From the NCBI GenBank assembly GCA_963676415.1, contig OY781097.1, positions 1,596,555 through 1,660,554 on the forward strand: a DNA stretch of 64,000 nt. The letters are read 5' to 3'. This DNA is from Bacteroidales bacterium (GTDB lineage Bacteria; Bacteroidota; Bacteroidia; Bacteroidales; WRLA01). The notes beneath the pieces are model-generated. The model saw only the letters and a program-made list of their open reading frames with translations. It searched no databases and had not been told where the DNA came from. Both the position numbers and the translations under genes were made by a program. Numbering within the stretch: the first letter of the stretch is position 1; each line of letters starts with the position of its first letter. This document shows, piece after piece, positions 58,341 to 64,000 of this stretch.

Positions 58341-59972
58341 ATGAAAAAACTTCATCTACTACTGCTTTCCATTTTATCGGGACTCCTTTTTACCATATCC
58401 TGGCCGATAAACGGCATTCCGCTTTTTATTTTCATCGCCTTTGTGCCATTGCTGATCATCGAAGGAGAAATACTCGAACATCCGCAGAAATATGGCTGCT
58501 GCGCCATTTTTAAATTCATTTATCCGGCTTTTTTCATCTGGAATTTACTCACAACCTGGTGGGTAGGCTATTCCACCCTTTTTGGTGTTGTGATGGCTGT
58601 TTTGCTCAATTCGGCTTTTATGTACTTTACATTTTTCCTCTTTCATCGCTCCCGCAGATGGTTGCCATCAAAAAACAATGCGCTGTGGACATTGCTGTTT
58701 TTCTGGATTACTTTTGAATGGCTGCACCTCGATTGGGATTTGTCCTGGCCCTGGCTCAATATCGGCAATGTGTTTGGAAGCTGGCACAAATGGGTGCAGT
58801 GGTATTCCGTAACGGGTGTTTTCGGTGGCGCTTTATGGATCCTTATCATCAATATTTTGATATACCGGATGTACCTGAATATTAAGCGAAAGAGTTTGCG
58901 GACAGTTATTGCCCGGCAATCTGTTACTGTTCTGGTTCTTTTTCTCGCACCGATTGTTCTTTCTTACGTGATGTATAACAACTATAAAGAACCGGCAGAA
59001 AAAGCTGAAATTATTGTAATTCAAACAGATAATGACCCTTATACGGAACAATACTCATTGACTTCTGAGGAGGTAACTGATAATTTCCTGGAGCTGGCCG
59101 AACCATTGATTACAGATCAAACAAAATTCGTAGTCTGCCCCGAATCGGTTTTATACGACGATATATGGGAACATCAGTTTGATCGTTCCAAACCCATTCG
59201 TAAAATAAAAACATTCATCCAAAAATTTCCACAATTGAGTTTTGTTGTTGGAGCTTCCACATCCAAACATTATCCGGATGGTATAACAGGTTCGCCTACA
59301 GTACGTATGCATATACGTGCCAACGGTGATAGTATTTTTTACGATAATTTCAATACTGCACTTTTAATCAAAAATGGATCGGCTGTCGAAACCTATCACA
59401 AATCAAAGCTTGTTCCGGGGCCTGAAAAAATGCCATTTCATTCCCTTTTAAAACCATTTCAGCATTTTGCTTTTGACTTGGGAGGAACCGTTGGAAGTCT
59501 CGGCAGCGACCCGGAGCGTACAACTTTCTGTGCTTCAGACCCATCAATATGCAACGGCCCGATTATTTGCTATGAATCAATTTATGGTGAATTCGTAACA
59601 GAATATGTTCAGAAAGGTGCAAACCTCCTCTTCGTAATTACCAATGATGGCTGGTGGAGCGATAGTCCGGGACGTTTGCAGCATCTTTTGTTCAGTAAAT
59701 TGCGCTGTATCGAAAACCGGCGCAGTATGGCGCGTTCGGCCAATACCGGCGTTTCGGCATTCATCAACCAAAAAGGCGATATCCTCCTGGATGGCGGTAT
59801 CAATCAGGCCAAAGCCATGAAATATGAACTGAGCATCAATAATGAAAAAACATGGTATTCAGTACATGGCGATTATATTGCACGGATTGCCGCTTTTATC
59901 AGTGTGCTGCTTTTGCTTTATACATTATCGGAATATCTGCGGACGAAAGGGAGAAGACATCGGAAAGTTTAG
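58341..59972 (+). CDS. lnt: Apolipoprotein N-acyltransferase
   Basis: Polytopic N-domain plus a C-terminal CN-hydrolase domain with ICYESIYGEF and NDGWW motifs. Confidence 0.85.
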   Translation: MKKLHLLLLSILSGLLFTISWPINGIPLFIFIAFVPLLIIEGEILEHPQKYGCCAIFKFIYPAFFIWNLLTTWWVGYSTLFGVVMAVLLNSAFMYFTFFLFHRSRRWLPSKNNALWTLLFFWITFEWLHLDWDLSWPWLNIGNVFGSWHKWVQWYSVTGVFGGALWILIINILIYRMYLNIKRKSLRTVIARQSVTVLVLFLAPIVLSYVMYNNYKEPAEKAEIIVIQTDNDPYTEQYSLTSEEVTDNFLELAEPLITDQTKFVVCPESVLYDDIWEHQFDRSKPIRKIKTFIQKFPQLSFVVGASTSKHYPDGITGSPTVRMHIRANGDSIFYDNFNTALLIKNGSAVETYHKSKLVPGPEKMPFHSLLKPFQHFAFDLGGTVGSLGSDPERTTFCASDPSICNGPIICYESIYGEFVTEYVQKGANLLFVITNDGWWSDSPGRLQHLLFSKLRCIENRRSMARSANTGVSAFINQKGDILLDGGINQAKAMKYELSINNEKTWYSVHGDYIARIAAFISVLLLLYTLSEYLRTKGRRHRKV

Positions 59973-59979
59973 CTCCTGT

Positions 59980-61779
59980 CTAAAAAGCAACTTTCAAACT
60001 TTTTCCGGCTGTTTCCACCACATAAATGCCATGAGGCAGATTCAGCGAAAAATTTTCAATTTTGTTTATTGCTGTCAGTTGATGAAGCAGGCGTCCCGAT
60101 ATATCAAATACGCAGACTTCTCCTTTTATTCCCACTAAAACTAATTGCCTGTTCCGAACGAAAATCTTCTTGTTATCTTTCTCATTTTGGTTCGGAACGC
60201 TTATGGTTTCCGCTTTAAAATGAAGAAAAAACCTTCCGACGGATTCGCCTTCAGAAAGGAATACTTTATATTCTCCTGAATGTTTAAAATCGGTTTTTGT
60301 ATTGTTTAAACGGTCTTCAAACCATATTTCTTTCATGTTTTCTTCATAAGCCGAGAAAGTATATTCTCCACTTTTTTCGATTTCAACACCCAATTCAATT
60401 TCTTCGGCAGAAAAAGGCAAAGCCTGCACAGCAAAAGCCTGATGGTTTTCATCGGGTAAGAATGAGAATAGGTTTATTTCATTTCCCCCTTTCATGCTGC
60501 CAGCATCAAATCCCGGATCAAGTCCCGTGTTCATTTCACTGTTAAAGCCAATTAGAGTAGATGATTTTGTTCTTTCATTTTCAATAAAAATTTGAATTCC
60601 GGGCCAACTATTTTTTGATTTATAAAAATCGGAATTACCATGTTTGCGTATATCCTTTTTAAAAATAATGCTTCCGGCCTGATCCGTTTTTACCATAAAT
60701 GCCTGCCCCATTTCCACAAAATCGGTTTCCAATGAATTTCCGTTGTTTGTTCCACAAAACCCATTATTGCAAATTACTTTATAGCAATCACCACCTGTCC
60801 AGTTATCGATTTCCTGCCAGAGGTATATTGCTTCATAATTATCATCAAGGATTGCTGCATTATCCGCCAGGAAATTATGGGATTCATCAGCAGATGTATT
60901 AATGGCAATATCGCAACAAAAGGGATTGCCCACTAAATGAAAACCACTGCCCCCATCAGGGCTGTATGCTGCATTGTAAGAAACATTATCCGTATTGGTT
61001 GTTCCGCTCATGACTAAGGTGTTGGATTCGTTATTTCCATACACATATCCTTGTGCAGTTAGCATTATTTCAGTTTCCATCCGGTTTGCATGCAAAAGGT
61101 CTTCCCAATAGCCGGATGTTTCATTCCAAAGCCAAAGGTTGTCTGTAGGTTTATTTCCTGATATTTCATCTTTATCCAATCCCATAAAGCCCAAGTCATC
61201 ATTGGATGTTTGAATTTCCGACATAAAGTTTGTGTTTTCATAGGAAATTGGTGTGCTGATATAGTGGTATTTGTTTTCCGGCACATAACGTTCTGCAATT
61301 ATGAGGGCATCTTCAGATAAGGTGCAGGTTCCCCTGATGATCAGTGATCCCGTTAGTGATGCAGAGCTGTTGATCCTAACAGATGCCCCATTATTAATAT
61401 TGAGGTTATTGCAGTCTGCATTAGCAGAAATATGAGGTAAATGTGGTTTGTTACCAACCGATACGCTTTCATTTTCAGGAATTTGGCCGAAAGACCAGTT
61501 AGAGGGGGTATTCCAATCATTTGGGTTTGCCATATTTCCTCCAAGCCATTGGTTCAGTTGATTGTGCTCAGCCGGCTGTAAAACTCCTTCATTTATTTGG
61601 TGGTTATCGTTATTGATGCGGTGATAAAAAGCTTGTCCGATTGAAATGGATATATTTCCTCCAGCACCCTGAATCTGCCCGCCACCGGATACCGCTGCTT
61701 GTTGTGCCACCGACAGATATCCAAAAAAGCTGCAATAAATCAGGATAATATATTTTATGTTTGAAATTCTGTTTTTCAT
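59980..61779 (-). CDS. Hypothetical secreted protein with probable T9SS C-terminal sorting domain
   Basis: Signal peptide. C-terminal beta-rich ~70 aa (VCVFDISGRLLHQL...LPHGIYVVETAGKSLKVAF). Confidence 0.5.
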   Translation of the reverse strand: MKNRISNIKYIILIYCSFFGYLSVAQQAAVSGGGQIQGAGGNISISIGQAFYHRINNDNHQINEGVLQPAEHNQLNQWLGGNMANPNDWNTPSNWSFGQIPENESVSVGNKPHLPHISANADCNNLNINNGASVRINSSASLTGSLIIRGTCTLSEDALIIAERYVPENKYHYISTPISYENTNFMSEIQTSNDDLGFMGLDKDEISGNKPTDNLWLWNETSGYWEDLLHANRMETEIMLTAQGYVYGNNESNTLVMSGTTNTDNVSYNAAYSPDGGSGFHLVGNPFCCDIAINTSADESHNFLADNAAILDDNYEAIYLWQEIDNWTGGDCYKVICNNGFCGTNNGNSLETDFVEMGQAFMVKTDQAGSIIFKKDIRKHGNSDFYKSKNSWPGIQIFIENERTKSSTLIGFNSEMNTGLDPGFDAGSMKGGNEINLFSFLPDENHQAFAVQALPFSAEEIELGVEIEKSGEYTFSAYEENMKEIWFEDRLNNTKTDFKHSGEYKVFLSEGESVGRFFLHFKAETISVPNQNEKDNKKIFVRNRQLVLVGIKGEVCVFDISGRLLHQLTAINKIENFSLNLPHGIYVVETAGKSLKVAF

Positions 61780-61808
61780 TTTATTAATAGTTGATATTCA
61801 AAATATTA

Positions 61809-63278
61809 TTAATCTTTCAGGCATCGAACATTCAATCCTGCTTTTTTACTGTGATATCCTTTATTGACGTTAGGTCTGGTGTTGCTCAGGTCGCGGCCAT
61901 AGGCATAGGATGAAGAGCTGCCTTCAGAAGAACTCCACCAATAGGCGCCCTTATGTTCATTATAAAAATATCTGTTGGAATATCTGTAACCTACCGGAAC
62001 ACCAGCAAAACCTGCGCTGTTGTTGCTTTGCTGATCAAAACCCACTTCCCCATCTTCACAGGATTGATCATCCCATCCGGATTTGGCTGCCAGTGATTTT
62101 GCTTCATTGAAACTATATGCTTGCAACCTGTAATTGTAGTAGTTGTTGTTTAGGTAAAAGATAAGGGTACTCCATTCAAAATCATTGGGAATATGCCATC
62201 CATCAGGGCAAACACCCTGCACATGATCAATACCACTATATGGGCTGCCATTGGTCGCGGCAGCAAAATTGTATAATGCGCCATAGGGTTCTTTTGTTGT
62301 AGCATCATTGTTCATCCAGCAAAAAGCATCATCGGTGTCATTGCTTCCAGATAAAGCCCAATCTTCATCTATCGGAATTGAAGAACCATCAGGATAGTGG
62401 GTAACATAAAGATTTTGGGCCATCCATTCCTGTGTTCCAATGATAACTGAAGGATAATTGTTTCCTTCAATATCAGTTACCCCTCCTCCTGCAATTATGT
62501 TGTGGGCAACAATGTAATTTTCTTCGGATTTCGTTTGTGTAATAACCCCGTTTGAAACTGTTAGGAAAAGCGTATATGAACCAGAATTTGTGTAAACGTG
62601 CCTGGGGTTTTGTTCTGTACTTGAGTTTCCATCGCCAAAATCCCATTGCCATGAAGTGGCACCGATATTTGATCTGTCCATGAACTGAAGGCTATCGTTG
62701 ATTGCTGCACTTTGTGAACCAATCCAAAAATCAGAAAATGACATTCCGTTTAAGCTCAAAATATCCATAAAAGCATCGGCATATGCTTTTGTTACAGCAT
62801 CAGAACTGTCCGTTGGATTGGCCAGGTTGGTTATTTTGCGGTTTTGTATATCGCCTTGAATTGTTTTTGCATGAAGTGCTGTTGGGACATTCATTAGTTG
62901 AAATGTTCCTGAAATACTATAATTGGTCCCGTTAGACAGATCGGTTTCGGATTTTACATAATATGCTGATGATCCCCAGTTTATGGTATCGAACTGTGTT
63001 CCATCCATAGCTGTTCCATTACCAATATCAATGCTTATCATTCCGTTGATATCTGTTATGGTGGAATGCCTTTCTTTATAGGAAACCGGGCCATTTTCAT
63101 TGGATCTCAAAATACTGATTTGCACAGCCACCTCATTTTCCTGTACCATCATACCGTTTGCATCCCTGACTATTGCCTGATAGCTTATCAAATTGGGGCT
63201 TTGTGCTTTGATCATGGAAAAATGGCTGAAAAGTTGTGCCAGGCAAAGAAGCAGAAACCATTTTTTAGTTTTTATCAT
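61809..63278 (-). CDS. Secreted protein with PKD domain and C-terminal FISUMP (Fibrobacter succinogenes major paralogous) lectin-like domain
   Basis: Signal peptide from the ATG at 63278. PKD block (WQWDFGDGNSSTEQNPRHVYTNSGSYTLFLTVSN). FISUMP block (DIEGNNYPSVIIGTQEWMAQNL...CPDGWHIPNDFEW...YWWSSSE...NVRCLKD). Confidence 0.65.
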   Translation of the reverse strand: MIKTKKWFLLLCLAQLFSHFSMIKAQSPNLISYQAIVRDANGMMVQENEVAVQISILRSNENGPVSYKERHSTITDINGMISIDIGNGTAMDGTQFDTINWGSSAYYVKSETDLSNGTNYSISGTFQLMNVPTALHAKTIQGDIQNRKITNLANPTDSSDAVTKAYADAFMDILSLNGMSFSDFWIGSQSAAINDSLQFMDRSNIGATSWQWDFGDGNSSTEQNPRHVYTNSGSYTLFLTVSNGVITQTKSEENYIVAHNIIAGGGVTDIEGNNYPSVIIGTQEWMAQNLYVTHYPDGSSIPIDEDWALSGSNDTDDAFCWMNNDATTKEPYGALYNFAAATNGSPYSGIDHVQGVCPDGWHIPNDFEWSTLIFYLNNNYYNYRLQAYSFNEAKSLAAKSGWDDQSCEDGEVGFDQQSNNSAGFAGVPVGYRYSNRYFYNEHKGAYWWSSSEGSSSSYAYGRDLSNTRPNVNKGYHSKKAGLNVRCLKD

Positions 63279-63333
63279 CGCTTTTACAAAATATTTTGAC
63301 GACATAATTATTTGTTTTTGTTTGAACACATGG

Positions 63334-64000
63334 TTATTGATCTTTTACGCATCGGACATTAAATCCACCATCTTTTGAATAGCTGTATTTGTCACTGTAT
63401 CTACTATTATAATTAAGCTTCCAGCCATATGCAGTCTGATCACTATAAGCACTTTGGGTAGCAGTCCACCAATAAGCATATTTTGAGAAGTAATTAAATG
63501 CGTATGGCGACCTCATGCCTGCGGGTATTGAAGAAAAGCCGGAACTGTTATTGCTCTTTCTGTCAAAGGAGGCCATTCCATCGCTTACGGGAGCCAATAT
63601 ATCCGGGCCGTACCAACCTGTTTTTGCTGATATAGCCTTCGCTTCTGCACGGCTACCGCTTTCAAGGTTGTAGTTATAATCGTTATTTCTCAAATATGTA
63701 ACCAGAGTGTCCCATTCGTCTTTTCGGGGCAAATGCCATCCATCCGGGCAAATTCCCTGTAGGGTGTCTAAAGCCTCACCATCCGTATGTGCTGTGCCAT
63801 ATACAGCGGCTCCAAAAGAATAAAATGCTCCATAAGTATCTTTTGTAGAAATATCGTTGTTATACCAACAGTAATAATAGGATGTATTGTTCCTTTCAAC
63901 ATCGTCCCATTCCTGGTCTTCTGAAATGGCTGTTCCATCAGGGAACTTTGTGGCTTTTAAATTTTCGGACATCCATTCCTGTGTGCCCAGAATGATTGTT
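63334..64000 (-). CDS. FISUMP-domain protein; N-terminus lies beyond the window edge
   Basis: The reading frame stays open upstream of the track ATG (..TIILGTQEWMSENLKATKFPDG..), matching the paralogue's IIGTQEWMAQNL. Also CPDGWHLPRKDEW...YWWTAT...NVRCVKDQ. Confidence 0.65.
   Translation of the reverse strand, partial: TIILGTQEWMSENLKATKFPDGTAISEDQEWDDVERNNTSYYYCWYNNDISTKDTYGAFYSFGAAVYGTAHTDGEALDTLQGICPDGWHLPRKDEWDTLVTYLRNNDYNYNLESGSRAEAKAISAKTGWYGPDILAPVSDGMASFDRKSNNSSGFSSIPAGMRSPYAFNYFSKYAYWWTATQSAYSDQTAYGWKLNYNSRYSDKYSYSKDGGFNVRCVKDQ

Noticed and set aside
1-64000. A search for tRNA, rRNA, tmRNA, transposase, integrase, toxin-antitoxin or known defence-system genes.
   Set aside because: No T-loop (GGTTCGAATCC-like) contexts with acceptor stems were found. 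No rRNA-like segments were found. No ORF carried DDE, tyrosine-recombinase or other recognisable mobile-element or defence motifs.

Overview
This 64 kb window looks like a Bacteroidota chromosome segment. The evidence is several C-terminal T9SS sorting domains, lipoprotein 'SC' lipoboxes, TAnnTTTG-type -7 boxes, and tryptophanase and Omp28-type genes. About 55 genes are supportable.

Gene content, in order:
- nrdG (partial) and nrdD, behind a cobalamin riboswitch.
- dnaG-gatC.
- A tandemly duplicated two-gene module (lipoprotein plus T9SS-secreted protein), followed by two long palindromic elements.
- A Na/Pi cotransporter.
- A 17 kb surface-glycan locus: fnlA-fnlB, an inserted four-helix-bundle gene, fnlC, wzx, an FrhB-like protein plus pyruvyl transferase, five glycosyltransferases, a CapK-like ligase, the initiating sugar transferase and a NeuD-like acetyltransferase.
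- tnaA.
- A TlpA-like / beta-barrel / Omp28-like triad.
- Housekeeping genes: ppgK-like, MsbA-like ABC, RNase D-like exonuclease, queD, a secreted endonuclease I and a nitroreductase.
- A sigma-54 two-component pair divergent from a HlyD/MacB-type ABC exporter.
- manA, M20 amidohydrolase, LOG, pdxH, DUF3108, a Memo-like protein and lnt.
- A T9SS / FISUMP-lectin-like cluster that runs off the right edge.

No tRNA, rRNA, CRISPR array, transposase or integrase was seen.

The most unusual signals:
1. The mosaic structure of the duplicated lipoprotein/T9SS module. Its flanks are about 93% identical at nucleotide level, its core is diverged, and the second lipoprotein copy has no signal peptide.
2. 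An Avd-like four-helix-bundle gene, a heptamer array and a structured repeat, all inserted inside the fnlABC operon.
3. A second copy of that ~150-nt structured repeat at 42.3 kb, bounded by 28-bp direct repeats.
4. A hairpin-dense leader upstream of tnaA with a terminator-like structure.

All functional calls come from reading the translated ORFs and the sequence by eye. No database search was run.
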